A DNA stretch of 64,000 nt from an uncultured Candidatus Binatia bacterium. GTDB lineage: Bacteria > Desulfobacterota > Binatia > Bin18. The position numbers and the translations under genes are program-made. The notes under the pieces are model-generated. The model saw only the letters and a program-made list of their open reading frames with translations, had not been told where the DNA came from and ran no database searches. The stretch is taken from contig CBDEVZ010000008.1 in assembly GCA_965243735.1 (NCBI GenBank), positions 3,867,180-3,931,179 on the forward strand, in the 5' to 3' direction. Within the stretch, counting starts at the first letter, position 1, and each line of letters begins with the position of its first letter. Of this stretch, positions 9,495 through 18,900 are shown in pieces.

Positions 9495-10802
9495 ATGGAG
9501 TCACGCCCGCAACCGTCCCATACCGTCCCGCCCGCCGTCCCGCCCGGCCGCTCCTGGCCACGCCGCTACAACCTGGTCGGGCTGTGTTTTCTGAGCACCT
9601 TCATCTGCTACATCGACCGGGTCAATATCTCGGTGGCCATCATCCCCATGGCCGAAGAGTTCGGCTGGGATCAAACCACCCGCGGCATTGTGCTGTCGTC
9701 CTTTTTCTACGGCTATCTGGCCACCCAGGTGTTTGGCGGCTGGCTGGCCGACCGCTTTGGCGGCAAAATCGTGCTGGGCATCGGCGTGGTGTGGTGGTCG
9801 GTGTTCACCCTGATCACCCCGCCGGCTGCGGCCCTGTCTTTCGCCGTCCTGTTTCTGGCTCGGGTCGGCATGGGTCTGGGCGAGGGGGTGGCCTTTCCGG
9901 CCATCTACAACCTGTACGCGCGCTGGATCCCCAAACAGGAACGCGCCCGGGCAGCGGCCCTCAACGCCAGCGGCGTTCCCCTGGGGACGGTCGGCGCCCT
10001 GCTGCTGACGCCGACCATCGTGATCGCGCTGGGCTGGCCGTGGGTGTTCTACCTGTTCGGCATTCTGGGCTTCGTGTGGTACGGCCTGTGGCACTTCCTG
10101 ACCACCGATACCCCCGACAGCCATCCCGGTGTGCCTCCCTCGGAGTTGGAGTTTATTCGCAACAACGTCCCGCCGGTGCCCAAAAACGAGACGATTCCGT
10201 GGGCGCAGCTGTTATCCAAGGTGCCGGTCTGGGCCATCATCATCAATCATTTTTGTTCAAACTGGGGCTTTTATGTGCTCCTGACCTGGCTGCCGACGTA
10301 TTTCACCCAGGCCCTGGGCGTCGACCTGTCCCAGGTTGGGCTGTACACCATTCTGCCCTGGCTGGCCATGTTTCTGATGGCCAATGTCGCCGGCTGGGTG
10401 GCCGACAAGCTGATCGAATCCGGCCTGTCGGTGACGTTCGTACGCAAGCTGATGCAGACCATCGGCTTTCTGGGACCGACCATCTTTCTGAGCCTGATCG
10501 GCAGTGTCAGCTCCGCCCCGCAGGCGATTGCCTACATATGTTGCGCCCTGGGGCTGAACGCCTTTGCCCTGGCCGGCTTTGGCGTCAACCACCTGGATAT
10601 CGGCCCGCGCTACGCTGGCATTCTGCTCGGTTTTTCCAACACCGCGGGCACCATACCGGGCATCGTGGGCGTGACCCTGACCGGCTATCTGCTGGATGTC
10701 ACCGGCTCGTGGGGGCTGGTGTTCTCGATTGCGGCCGGCATCTACCTGTTCGGCCTGCTGGTGTGGCTGCTGTTTGCGACCGGCGAGCGGGTCTTCGAGT
10801 AG
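9495..10802 (+). CDS. MFS transporter (anion:cation symporter / ACS-like)
   Basis: 435 aa, 12 TM segments, YIDRVNISVA and GGWLADRFGGK motifs. Confidence 0.8.
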   Translation: MESRPQPSHTVPPAVPPGRSWPRRYNLVGLCFLSTFICYIDRVNISVAIIPMAEEFGWDQTTRGIVLSSFFYGYLATQVFGGWLADRFGGKIVLGIGVVWWSVFTLITPPAAALSFAVLFLARVGMGLGEGVAFPAIYNLYARWIPKQERARAAALNASGVPLGTVGALLLTPTIVIALGWPWVFYLFGILGFVWYGLWHFLTTDTPDSHPGVPPSELEFIRNNVPPVPKNETIPWAQLLSKVPVWAIIINHFCSNWGFYVLLTWLPTYFTQALGVDLSQVGLYTILPWLAMFLMANVAGWVADKLIESGLSVTFVRKLMQTIGFLGPTIFLSLIGSVSSAPQAIAYICCALGLNAFALAGFGVNHLDIGPRYAGILLGFSNTAGTIPGIVGVTLTGYLLDVTGSWGLVFSIAAGIYLFGLLVWLLFATGERVFE

Positions 10803-10819
10803 GGGCGACGCCGAATGTC

Positions 10820-13819
10820 TCACCCCGCCTGCTCGTAGGCAAGCTCGAACACGATATCGGTCAGGTGGTGCCGGAAGTCGGCGTCGTCCATGAACTTCTT
10901 GAACAGTTTGGTGTCGTCGTTCATCACCGAGACCATCACCTGCCGCAGCGCCTTGTCGTGCTCGATGCGGGCGTTCTCTTTGTCCGAGTTCTGCCGGGCG
11001 TTTTGGAACGCGGTATTCTCGGCCACGCGAGCGGGGATCGTCTGGGTGATGAGCTGCCGCACGCGGTCGGCGTCGTCCCAGTCGATGTCGCCGAACTGCT
11101 CGTTGAAGACCCGCAGGATGTTCGACAGCCGGTCCAGCTCGGGTTCTGGCCGATGACCGTCGCCGGGGGGCGGCACCGGCTCGACCTCGGCGTCCGCGTC
11201 AGGCAGCGCGATCTGCTGCATGGCCCGCTTCTCGACCCGGTAGCTGTCCATGTCGATGGCGTCGAGGATGCCCTTGGACAGGTCCTCCTCCTGGGGCGAG
11301 GGCAGCTTGGAGATCAGGAAATTCAGGAAGATTGAGCGCGTCTCCCAGGCGGCGTTGGTGTAGGGCAGGACCGACGACAGGAAGGCATAGGTCCGCACAA
11401 AGCCCTTGGCCTTGCCCTTGAAGTTGACCTGTCCGTCTTCGTCCAGGTCGTTCCGGTAGGTGTCCACGCAGGCGTCGAGAATGGGGTCGAGCTGGTCGCG
11501 CTCGGCCCCGCCCAGATAGCGCGACACAAAGTCGTCGATCTGCTCCGCAGCATAGACCTGGGCGCCGTCGAGGTCGGCCTGCAAGTCATGCAGCTTATTG
11601 GGGTCGGTCTCATCGGCCAGAATCGTCGCCCGATAGAAGTCGGCAAAGGCAGCGCGGATGGTGTCGGCGTCGTTCAGAAAATCCAGCACGAAGACATCGT
11701 GCTTCTTGGGATGCGCCCGGTTGAGGCGCGACAGGGTCTGCACCGCCTTGACGCCCGACAGGGTCTTGTCCACGTACATGGTGTGCAGCAGGGGTTCGTC
11801 ATAGCCGGTCTGGAACTTGTCGGCACACACCAGGAAGCGGTAGGGGTCGGCCTGGATCTTCTCGGCAATCTTGGCGGACGGAAAGCCGTTCAGCGCCGCC
11901 TCGCTGACCTTGGCTCCGTTGAACTCGGGCTCGCCGGAAAACGCCACGATGGCCCGGTAGCGGCTCTTGCGCTCTGTCAGATACTCGCGGATGGCGTGAA
12001 AGTACTGGATCGCGCGCGCAATGCCGTTGGTGACGACCATCGCCCGCGCCTGGCCGCCAATCCTGTTCTGGGCCAGCACCTGCTCATGGAAGTGATCGAC
12101 CATGATCTCGGCCTTGAGACGGATAGCGTGGTCGTGGCCCTCGACAAAGCGCCGCAGCTTTTTCTGGGCCTTTTTCGTATCGAACTGCGGGTCGTCGGCC
12201 ACCGTCTTGGCCAGCCTGTAGTAGCTGGCCACCGGCGTGTAGTGGCCGAGCACGTCCAGGATAAAGCCCTCCTGGATGGCCTGCTTCATGGTGTAGCTGT
12301 GAAAGGCGTGGTGTTTGACCGTGCCGTCGGCCTGGGGCTCGGGCTCGCCGAAGAGTTCCAGGGTCTTGTTTTTGGGCGTGGCGGTGAAGGCAAAGTAGCT
12401 GGCGTTGGGGAGCAGCTTGCGCGACTCCATCAAACGGTTGATCTGGTCCTCGTAGGTCTCCGCCTCGCCCTCCTCACCGGCCTCGGACAGCGCCTGGGCC
12501 ATGGCTGCACTGGTGCGGCCGCCCTGGCTGGAGTGGGCCTCGTCAATGATGATGGCAAAGCGCCGCCCACGCTGCTCGTTACCGATCTCGTCGAGGATGA
12601 AGGGGAACTTCTGCACGGTCGAGATGATCATCTTCTTGCCGGCCTCAATGAACCGACGCAGGTCGCCCGAGCGCTCGGCGGGGCCCAGCGTCGCCCCGAC
12701 CTGGGCGTACTGCCGGATGGTGTCGCGGATCTGCTTGTCCAGAATGCGGCGGTCGGTGACCACAACGATCGAATCGAAGACCGGGGCGTCGTCCTGTGTC
12801 AGCCCGATCAGCTGGTGGGCCAGCCAGGCGATGGAGTTGCTCTTGCCGCTGCCCGCCGAGTGCTGGATCAGGTAGCGTCGGCCCGCCCCGCGTGTCCCGG
12901 CGTCGGCCAGCAGCCGACGCACCACGTCGAGCTGGTGGTAGCGCGGCCAGACCTGGGTCTTCTTTTTCCGGCCCGTCTTGTCGTCCTTTGACTCCACCAC
13001 CTGGGCGTAGTTCTCCAGGATGTTGGTCAGGCTTACGCGGCTCAGCACTGCGCGCCACAGGTAGTCGGCCTTGAGCCCGCTGGGATTGGGCGGGTTGCCC
13101 GCGCCGTCGTTCCAACCCCGGTTGAAGGGCAGGAACCACGAGGACTTGCCCTGGAGATGGGTGCAGAAGCGCACCTCACTCTCGTCCAGCGCGAAGTGGG
13201 CCACGCAGCGGCCAAACGCAAACAGCTGCTCGCGCGGGTTGCGGTCCCGCATGTACTGCTGGACCGCGTCGTCCACCGTCTGCTTGGTCAGGCTGTTCTT
13301 GAGTTCAAAGGTAAAGACCGGCAGGCCGTTGATGAACAGCCCGATGTCCAGCGCCCGCTGGGTTTCGTCGCGGCTGTAGCGCAGCTGACGGGTGACGCTG
13401 AAGCGGTTCTGCTCGAAGCGTTCCTGAGCCTTGTCGTTCCCGGCCGAAGGCGTGCCGTAGAACAAGTCCAGGTCGTGCGGCCCGTGCTTGATGCCGTGGC
13501 GCAGCACGTCGATGGTGCCGCGTTTGGCAATCTCGCCCTGGAGCCGGGCCAGGAACTTGCGCCGCGTCGGGCCGTCCTCGGACAGTCCCAGCGAGTCCGC
13601 GGCCTTGGGCTGGGTCGCGCGCAGAAAGGCGCGGAGCTGGACCACATCGACGCAGTACTCGCGGTCGTAGTCGTGGGGGTTGCCGCCACTCCAGCCCACC
13701 CCGCCGTAGCCGGCAGGTGGTTCGGCTGCGGTGCCGGCTGCGGGCGGCTCGCAGGGATGGCCGGCCAGTGCGGTGCAGATCAGGCGTTCGAGGCCGCGTT
13801 CGCTGGTGTCGGTGGTCAT
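10820..13819 (-). CDS. hsdR: Type I restriction enzyme R subunit HsdR
   Basis: 999 aa; SF2 helicase motifs (HSAGSGKS Walker A, DEAH box IIIDEAHSSQ), N-terminal nuclease region, HsdR C-terminal domain. Confidence 0.9.
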   Translation of the reverse strand: MTTDTSERGLERLICTALAGHPCEPPAAGTAAEPPAGYGGVGWSGGNPHDYDREYCVDVVQLRAFLRATQPKAADSLGLSEDGPTRRKFLARLQGEIAKRGTIDVLRHGIKHGPHDLDLFYGTPSAGNDKAQERFEQNRFSVTRQLRYSRDETQRALDIGLFINGLPVFTFELKNSLTKQTVDDAVQQYMRDRNPREQLFAFGRCVAHFALDESEVRFCTHLQGKSSWFLPFNRGWNDGAGNPPNPSGLKADYLWRAVLSRVSLTNILENYAQVVESKDDKTGRKKKTQVWPRYHQLDVVRRLLADAGTRGAGRRYLIQHSAGSGKSNSIAWLAHQLIGLTQDDAPVFDSIVVVTDRRILDKQIRDTIRQYAQVGATLGPAERSGDLRRFIEAGKKMIISTVQKFPFILDEIGNEQRGRRFAIIIDEAHSSQGGRTSAAMAQALSEAGEEGEAETYEDQINRLMESRKLLPNASYFAFTATPKNKTLELFGEPEPQADGTVKHHAFHSYTMKQAIQEGFILDVLGHYTPVASYYRLAKTVADDPQFDTKKAQKKLRRFVEGHDHAIRLKAEIMVDHFHEQVLAQNRIGGQARAMVVTNGIARAIQYFHAIREYLTERKSRYRAIVAFSGEPEFNGAKVSEAALNGFPSAKIAEKIQADPYRFLVCADKFQTGYDEPLLHTMYVDKTLSGVKAVQTLSRLNRAHPKKHDVFVLDFLNDADTIRAAFADFYRATILADETDPNKLHDLQADLDGAQVYAAEQIDDFVSRYLGGAERDQLDPILDACVDTYRNDLDEDGQVNFKGKAKGFVRTYAFLSSVLPYTNAAWETRSIFLNFLISKLPSPQEEDLSKGILDAIDMDSYRVEKRAMQQIALPDADAEVEPVPPPGDGHRPEPELDRLSNILRVFNEQFGDIDWDDADRVRQLITQTIPARVAENTAFQNARQNSDKENARIEHDKALRQVMVSVMNDDTKLFKKFMDDADFRHHLTDIVFELAYEQAG

Positions 13820-14895
13820 GAGCCAGCGTGCAAAGCGCCTGAATCGATCCAGTCCTTCTCCGACAGGACATCAAGCGCAAGTTTAATCTGGCGCCGGGAA
13901 AACTTCTTCTTTCCCTCATTCCAGGCATAGGTCTGCCGAACGACATCACTTATAGTTTTGCCCTGCTCCTTACTGACGACCCAGTGAACCGTGGACAACA
14001 GTTCCAGGCCGAACGACGACTCAAAGCCTTCGACCAAGTCGGTCACCTTGTTGAAACGCTCGCGCGTTTTCGGGTGACTCTCGAGAAAGACGTTCGCGTC
14101 CTCGATTGCGCCGGGCACAAGTTCAAGTTGCTTACCGGGAGTATCGCCGCCATCGGCGTAGCCAGAGATGAAGTGTCCCTCAACCTTGTGCAGCACATGG
14201 CGCAAATTTTCTGCGTAGGGACCATAAGGCGCTTTTTGATACTTGAGTCGCAAGCGCTCGCCGGATTCCTGCATAAAATACAGAAGCTTGTGCACTTCCA
14301 ACAACGTCACAAACGGGTCCAGCAAGCCACGAAGATAGCAATCGATAAGCCCAACCAGCACAGCCCGTCCCGCTGTCATCTTGGGCACGTCACTGGAATG
14401 GTTGATCCGCTTGTCTAGCGGCCTGCCCCCTGGCTCGAACAACACGATCTTCAAATCATTAAACCCTCGCAGCATCGACTCGATACGTGGACGTACTTCA
14501 GACCAAGCTAGCCCCCCGAGACCACTCCCAAGCGGCGGGAGGGCAATCGACCGGATATTGAGAGCCCGGATTTCCTCCGCTAGGGCGGTAAGACCAGCAT
14601 CAATATCCTCCATTCGACTCTTGCCTCGCCAGTGGCGCTTAGTCGGAAAATTTATGATGTACCGCGGATACATCTGGCCGGTCTCGAAGACAAACATACG
14701 ACCCGGCTGTACCTCATTTCGCTTGCAGGCAGCAGCATAAGATTTGAAGTTCTCGGGGAAGGCTTTCTTGAACTGAAGCGCGATGCCACGGCCCATGACA
14801 CCGACACAGTTGACGGTATTGACCAACGCTTCGGCATCTTCAGCGATGATGTCGCCCGTCTTGTATTCGATCATGACGGCCCTCCTTTCGGTCAA
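13816..14895 (-). CDS. darG: DarG antitoxin (macrodomain ADP-ribosylglycohydrolase)
   Basis: N-terminal macrodomain (VNTVNCVGVMGRGIALQFKKAFPENF) plus the C-terminal DarT-binding region. 359 aa. Stop overlaps hsdR ATG (ATGA). Confidence 0.8.
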   Translation of the reverse strand: MTERRAVMIEYKTGDIIAEDAEALVNTVNCVGVMGRGIALQFKKAFPENFKSYAAACKRNEVQPGRMFVFETGQMYPRYIINFPTKRHWRGKSRMEDIDAGLTALAEEIRALNIRSIALPPLGSGLGGLAWSEVRPRIESMLRGFNDLKIVLFEPGGRPLDKRINHSSDVPKMTAGRAVLVGLIDCYLRGLLDPFVTLLEVHKLLYFMQESGERLRLKYQKAPYGPYAENLRHVLHKVEGHFISGYADGGDTPGKQLELVPGAIEDANVFLESHPKTRERFNKVTDLVEGFESSFGLELLSTVHWVVSKEQGKTISDVVRQTYAWNEGKKKFSRRQIKLALDVLSEKDWIDSGALHAGS

Positions 14896-15551
14896 TAATA
14901 CCAGCTGCGCTTGATTTCGACAGGTGGTTTATGCGTGGCGGTTTCAAGGGCTGCGCTGGCGCGGCCGTAGGCTGGATGTGAATACACGCCGATGCGCGAA
15001 ACCAGCTTCCAGGGGAAACGATGTTCGACCAGGAATTCTGCCTGTTTGCCCTCCTTTACCGATGAAGAGAGCCCCCGGCCGGACCAGCGATCACTCCGTA
15101 CGGCGTCCCAGTCAATCTCGCCCAGTCGGGACAAGTCGGAGCGATCCTTAAAGTAGCGGGCCCCAGCGTTCGACAACGTGAAGGCCCACCGTTGTTCGTG
15201 TTCCTCCGCCCAAGCAATGGTCTGGAATAAGTCCGCCTCCAGATGAACAATGAGTTCCTGCCCACCGCGATAGGCTAATTCAGGATGATTCGCCATATGG
15301 AGCAGGTAGAGCATGACGGACCGCGGGCAGAAGTAGAACGGCACGCACTGACCCACGTAGAGACCTGAATGACTGGTGAGCGTGAGTTCGGTCAGCCGCC
15401 GCTGCTTGATATTGCTCATACCGATTGCGGTGCCAGATGGTAAGCGTTGAACAACCTCTGCATCGCACCAGAGGAAGCCGTCCGCAATGACCGAGGGCAA
15501 CCGGTCGACGTGGACGATATGGTAAATCTTTGGCTCGGCGGGCATTGGCAT
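14892..15551 (-). CDS. darT: DarT toxin (DUF4433 ssDNA thymidine ADP-ribosyltransferase)
   Basis: KIYHIVHVDRLPSVIADG start and conserved ...QAEFLVE... DarT motif. ATG at 15551 (TTG at 15557 is also possible). Overlaps darG by 4 nt. Confidence 0.8.
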   Translation of the reverse strand: MPMPAEPKIYHIVHVDRLPSVIADGFLWCDAEVVQRLPSGTAIGMSNIKQRRLTELTLTSHSGLYVGQCVPFYFCPRSVMLYLLHMANHPELAYRGGQELIVHLEADLFQTIAWAEEHEQRWAFTLSNAGARYFKDRSDLSRLGEIDWDAVRSDRWSGRGLSSSVKEGKQAEFLVEHRFPWKLVSRIGVYSHPAYGRASAALETATHKPPVEIKRSWYY

Positions 15552-15599
15552 GGTCAATGCTCAACATCCGACGGTTCTTGCCCGTTGTCGGCCTCGGGC

Positions 15600-15629
15600 T
15601 CAGCGGCGTTCGGAGGTGTCGGTGGTCAT
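15600..15629 (-). pseudogene. Duplicated 5' fragment of hsdR (MTTDTSERR-stop)
   Basis: atgaccaccgacacctccgaacgccgctga is near-identical to the first 8 codons of hsdR (13796-13819, MTTDTSERG). Confidence 0.5.
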
Positions 15630-15649
15630 TGTGGGTCTGCTTGGTCTGT

Positions 15650-15743
15650 GAACAGGTTTATGACCCGAAGGCCATCGTAGTCCCGCTCCTCGCTGAACCC
15701 CTCGGAATAGACTACGTCGCAGCCCAGGGTACGTGCTGCTCAC
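15650..15743 (-). pseudogene. vapC remnant with internal deletion (~310 bp missing)
   Basis: Aligns to the 3' end of the intact vapC at 21307-21741 (…gcagcccaggg…), then jumps directly to the GTG start overlapping the vapB stop. The reading frame is destroyed. Confidence 0.55.
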
Positions 15744-16087
15744 CCGCGCTTGAGGTCTTCGTCTTCGGTGGCGGCCGCTGCCCGAGCCTCGGCCCTGGCT
15801 CTGGCCCGGTCGTACAGTTCCTCGCGCGTGAGGTTATCGGATATCCGCAGGCCTACGGCGCGAGCATCGAAATCCTCGAATACCTCGCGCAACATCCCCC
15901 GACAGCGTTCGGCTTCCGTCTCCACGTTCGTCTCGTTGGACGCCGTGCCGCCGGCGCGGTCCGCAACAAGACTCTTCAGGTAGTTCCGCACCAGATCCGA
16001 CACCGAGGTGTCCAACTCCGCCGCCCGAATACGGGCGAGGAGATAGGTTTCTTCGTCAACGGATACAGCGATGTTTTTTATGGCCAT
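15740..16087 (-). CDS. vapB: VapB-like ribbon-helix-helix antitoxin (paralogue 1)
   Basis: MAIKNIAVSVDEETYLLARIRAAELDTSVSDLVRNYLKSL. About 85% identical to the antitoxin at 21738-22079, whose partner is an intact PIN toxin. Confidence 0.6.
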   Translation of the reverse strand: MAIKNIAVSVDEETYLLARIRAAELDTSVSDLVRNYLKSLVADRAGGTASNETNVETEAERCRGMLREVFEDFDARAVGLRISDNLTREELYDRARARAEARAAAATEDEDLKRG

Positions 16088-16176
16088 AGCCTCACAATTT
16101 CTGAGAGACACAGCATAGGTTCCCATTGACCGACGGGCAACACCTCCAACGTCGTACGGGGGCAGCCAGATTCGGT

Positions 16177-16198
16177 AGGGGCGACCGGCCGGTCGCCC
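16177..16198. terminator. Perfect 22-bp palindrome GGGGCGACCGGCCGGTCGCCCC immediately 3' of the hsdS stop
   Basis: Strong GC hairpin abutting the hsdS stop (16199-16201). No U-tract, so it may be an attenuator or processing signal rather than an intrinsic terminator. Confidence 0.35.
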
Positions 16199-17605
16199 CT
16201 ACGCGACGTCAGTGTCGAGAGCGTCGTCCAGGGCGTCGTCGGCAGCCAGAGGATCGACCTCGGGCAGCGCGGCCGCCGCCTCGCGCACGTCGAGCTTGCC
16301 GGTAACGACATCAGCGATCAGGCGGGTGCGGTATTCGTGGAGGCGTGTGACTAGCCCGCGAGCACCGTCCATCGCCGCTGCAACGTTGCGCGTTGATCTC
16401 CTGAGGAAATCAACAATCATTCTCTGCTCGTCTTCAGGCGGGATGGCAACGGCAAGGACTTGCCAGCGTTCTGTGGGAAGGCGGCGAGTACCATGACCAG
16501 CCTCATCTATCAACGGCACGAAAGCGTCTTGCGCCGAATCCAATGCGCGCGCCAGAAATTCTGCCTCGATTCCCAAGACTGGCATCAGGGCCTTCATGTC
16601 TTGATTGATTGTCACGGGGCTCGTGATCCAGGCAATGGGAACCTTCCGAGCCAAGATCATCCCGCGGACGACCATCAGAACCGCTGGCGGATCGATCAGG
16701 CGTAGCGATGTTTCGTGAACAGCAGCCTCTGTGACCTTCATACCTGAGTCACAGATAGTCTCTCGCTTCATGTCTTTCGGCGTGACCCAGGGGATTGATC
16801 CATCCCAAAATCGCCGGTTTTCCATACTCGGCGTCATGCCGCCAACAACCATCCCGCATTGGCGCAGCTTCTTTACCTCCCAATGCGCCGGCACCTCGCC
16901 CAGCCACTCGACGCCGGAGGGCTTGTAGGCTGGGTAGGGCTGGCCGGTGCGCACGTTGATCTGGCCGGTGACGGCTTGGTGGATGATGGCCTGCTTCTGC
17001 TCCTCCAGCAGCGCAATCAGCTTCTGTTTGGCGCGGATGTAGCGCTGGATGCGCCAGTCGGCGTGGTCGAGGAAGCGGACGATGGCGGTTTGTTCGGACT
17101 CGGGCGGCCACCCCAGATAAATACTACCGACTATGTCGGTGTTCAGATTGAGTTGTGTTCCGAGCTTTCCCAATCTTGCGAACGGTGCTCTACACGAAAA
17201 CACACGGTATAAGAACTCGACATTGCCACGAAACTGAGGGAAGTAAACAAATCCATCATGAATGCAACATTGGATATTCGTGATGATCGGCTTTCCCACG
17301 GAACCAGCAATGCTGAGGAACAGCGCTCCTGGTTGTAATCGCACACTCAAAGATTGCCCTAGCCGAGAAAGGCGTTGTGTCGCCTTCTCAAGATAGTGAT
17401 TGCTCGCCGTTACATCGGCAATACGTACCCACGCATATTCGCCACTATCATCAAAATATCTTGTGTCACCAATTGGCCTTGGAGAGGCACCCCGCTTGAC
17501 TAAAGATAAGCTCTTCAGCCGCCGCACCTCCCAATGCGCCGGCACCTTCCCCAGCCACGGCACACCGGAATCTTTGTAAGCAGGATAAGGTTTGAGGCTC
17601 TCCAT
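16199..17605 (-). CDS. hsdS: Type I restriction-modification specificity subunit HsdS
   Basis: 468 aa with two target-recognition domains separated by conserved repeats (VPAHWEVRRLKSL ... VPAHWEVKKLRQ). Confidence 0.85.
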   Translation of the reverse strand: MESLKPYPAYKDSGVPWLGKVPAHWEVRRLKSLSLVKRGASPRPIGDTRYFDDSGEYAWVRIADVTASNHYLEKATQRLSRLGQSLSVRLQPGALFLSIAGSVGKPIITNIQCCIHDGFVYFPQFRGNVEFLYRVFSCRAPFARLGKLGTQLNLNTDIVGSIYLGWPPESEQTAIVRFLDHADWRIQRYIRAKQKLIALLEEQKQAIIHQAVTGQINVRTGQPYPAYKPSGVEWLGEVPAHWEVKKLRQCGMVVGGMTPSMENRRFWDGSIPWVTPKDMKRETICDSGMKVTEAAVHETSLRLIDPPAVLMVVRGMILARKVPIAWITSPVTINQDMKALMPVLGIEAEFLARALDSAQDAFVPLIDEAGHGTRRLPTERWQVLAVAIPPEDEQRMIVDFLRRSTRNVAAAMDGARGLVTRLHEYRTRLIADVVTGKLDVREAAAALPEVDPLAADDALDDALDTDVA

Positions 17606-17607
17606 CA

Positions 17608-17733
17608 GACTGCTTGGATGGGACCGGGATAGCGGACCACTTTGGTGTCGGTGGTCAGCAGGGTGATATTCTCAACCTGCGCTTGGGCGATGAGAATGCG
17701 GTCGAAGGGGTCATTGTGAATCGGCGGGAGCAG
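17608..17733 (-). pseudogene. PIN-domain (VapC, COG3744-type) C-terminal remnant
   Basis: Alternative frame encodes LLPPIHNDPFDRILIAQAQVENITLLTTDTKVVRYPGPIQAV, matching the LHRDPFDRLLIAQAqvEglpLvTaD C-terminus of VapC. No PIN N-terminus is present. Its TGA overlaps the hsdS ATG (TGATG). Confidence 0.55.
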
Positions 17734-18656
17734 GCCGACAGCACTCCCCCGAACATCTTCTCTATCTCGGGACCGCCCATGCTATCGAAGTCGTCGGGGA
17801 CCTGGATGTGTCCGGCCATGAAACCCAGGCGGGACGATGGTGTTCCATCGGGAAGTGCAAAGCCGAACTCACGCCGCAGACGGTCATACGCCTCCCGCGC
17901 CTCGGAACCGCGCCGGGCGGCCGCCTCGTGAAGCTGCTTCAAGTCCGCTCCGCCGTACAGGAGATCGACCGTATCGGCAATGAACTGCTCGATATGGGGA
18001 TCGCTGGCGTCCTGCTGGACAACCCAGCGCCAAAACCGCGCCATGCGTGTATCGTCAGGCTGGCTATAATCTTCCGGTTGTAGACCCGCGACCACCCAGG
18101 GCTTCCCCAAACGGAGGTCGGGATTGACCGAATCCTGGTACGACCACATGCGCAAGCCTGCCATGAGGGCCGCGCAAATGAACGCCCCATTGGACGTAGC
18201 TCGATCACTCCTGGCCGCCTCTCCGTTGTGTCCACGACAGCGGTCCATCTCGCGCAAGTATGACTCGACTTCGTGCTTGAGGGCGTAACTCGAACGTTTC
18301 GGCGGAGCCGGTCCATTGAAGCGACGCGCCCAGCCACACCCCTTCGGGCGATAGCTCAGCGACACCCGGCCCTCCACAAAATACTCCAACGTGTTGCGAA
18401 TACCCCGCTCATCCTGCCCGCCCGCCCGTAACGCATCCCGCGCTGCGTCCAAATCAGCGGGAATACACTCTATCTCCCAACGCTCCAAGTGCGTGCTCTC
18501 GGCAGAAAAAATACGGCGACGACGACGCACTTGTCCCAAGCCATGCGCATTGAGCAGAGGATAGGCTGCCAGAACCCGCTCGCGTTCCGCATCAAAAAAT
18601 CCTGGGTCCGAAAGCAACCGAGCGGCTCTCAACCACAACTGTTGGCTCTTCGTCAT
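17655..18656 (-). CDS. Hypothetical protein embedded between hsdM and hsdS (orfX)
   Basis: 333-aa ORF with no recognisable domain, and own promoter and RBS (AGGGA). The last ~40 codons overlap the PIN remnant in another frame and are probably read-through. Confidence 0.5.
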   Translation of the reverse strand: MTKSQQLWLRAARLLSDPGFFDAERERVLAAYPLLNAHGLGQVRRRRRIFSAESTHLERWEIECIPADLDAARDALRAGGQDERGIRNTLEYFVEGRVSLSYRPKGCGWARRFNGPAPPKRSSYALKHEVESYLREMDRCRGHNGEAARSDRATSNGAFICAALMAGLRMWSYQDSVNPDLRLGKPWVVAGLQPEDYSQPDDTRMARFWRWVVQQDASDPHIEQFIADTVDLLYGGADLKQLHEAAARRGSEAREAYDRLRREFGFALPDGTPSSRLGFMAGHIQVPDDFDSMGGPEIEKMFGGVLSACSRRFTMTPSTAFSSPKRRLRISPC

Positions 18657-18698
18657 TAAGAATCCCTGGTACTTGGATTAAACCCCTTACGATTCAAT

Positions 18699-18727
18699 CC
18701 AATATGAACTTTTGCTCATCTTGTCAA
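18699..18727 (-). promoter_or_regulatory. Putative sigma70 promoter for orfX (TTGACA-17-TATTGG)
   Basis: Minus-strand ttgacaagatgagcaaaagttcatattgg in an AT-rich patch about 45-70 nt upstream of the orfX ATG. Confidence 0.4.
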
Positions 18728-18790
18728 AAGTTCGCTATCCTCGCTCAGTCCTGCCGTCAGGCTAGAGCAATTCACCATGATGTGTAGCCG

Positions 18791-18866
18791 TGTAGGTCGG
18801 GTTAGCCGCAGGCGTAACCCGACGACATCCCGCACGTGTCGGATTACGCTTCGCTAATCCGACCTA
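18791..18866. repeat. Pair of REP-like palindromic units (BIME-like)
   Basis: gtaggtcgggttagccgcaggcgtaacccgac ... gtgtcggattacgcttcgctaatccgacctac, between hsdM and orfX. Confidence 0.5.
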
Positions 18867-18900
18867 CTACAGCCTATCGGGAAACGCTTTAGTGAGACGG

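Noticed and set aside
9584-11335. 583-aa plus-strand ORF overlapping the MFS transporter and the hsdR 3' end
   Set aside because: Out-of-frame and antisense overlap with two strongly supported genes. Arginine/proline-rich junk translation.
11588-13930. Long plus-strand ORFs (467 aa, 257 aa and others) inside hsdR
   Set aside because: Antisense of hsdR. No motifs. The similarity between 13157-13930 and 21053-21361 simply reflects the hsdR 5' duplication.
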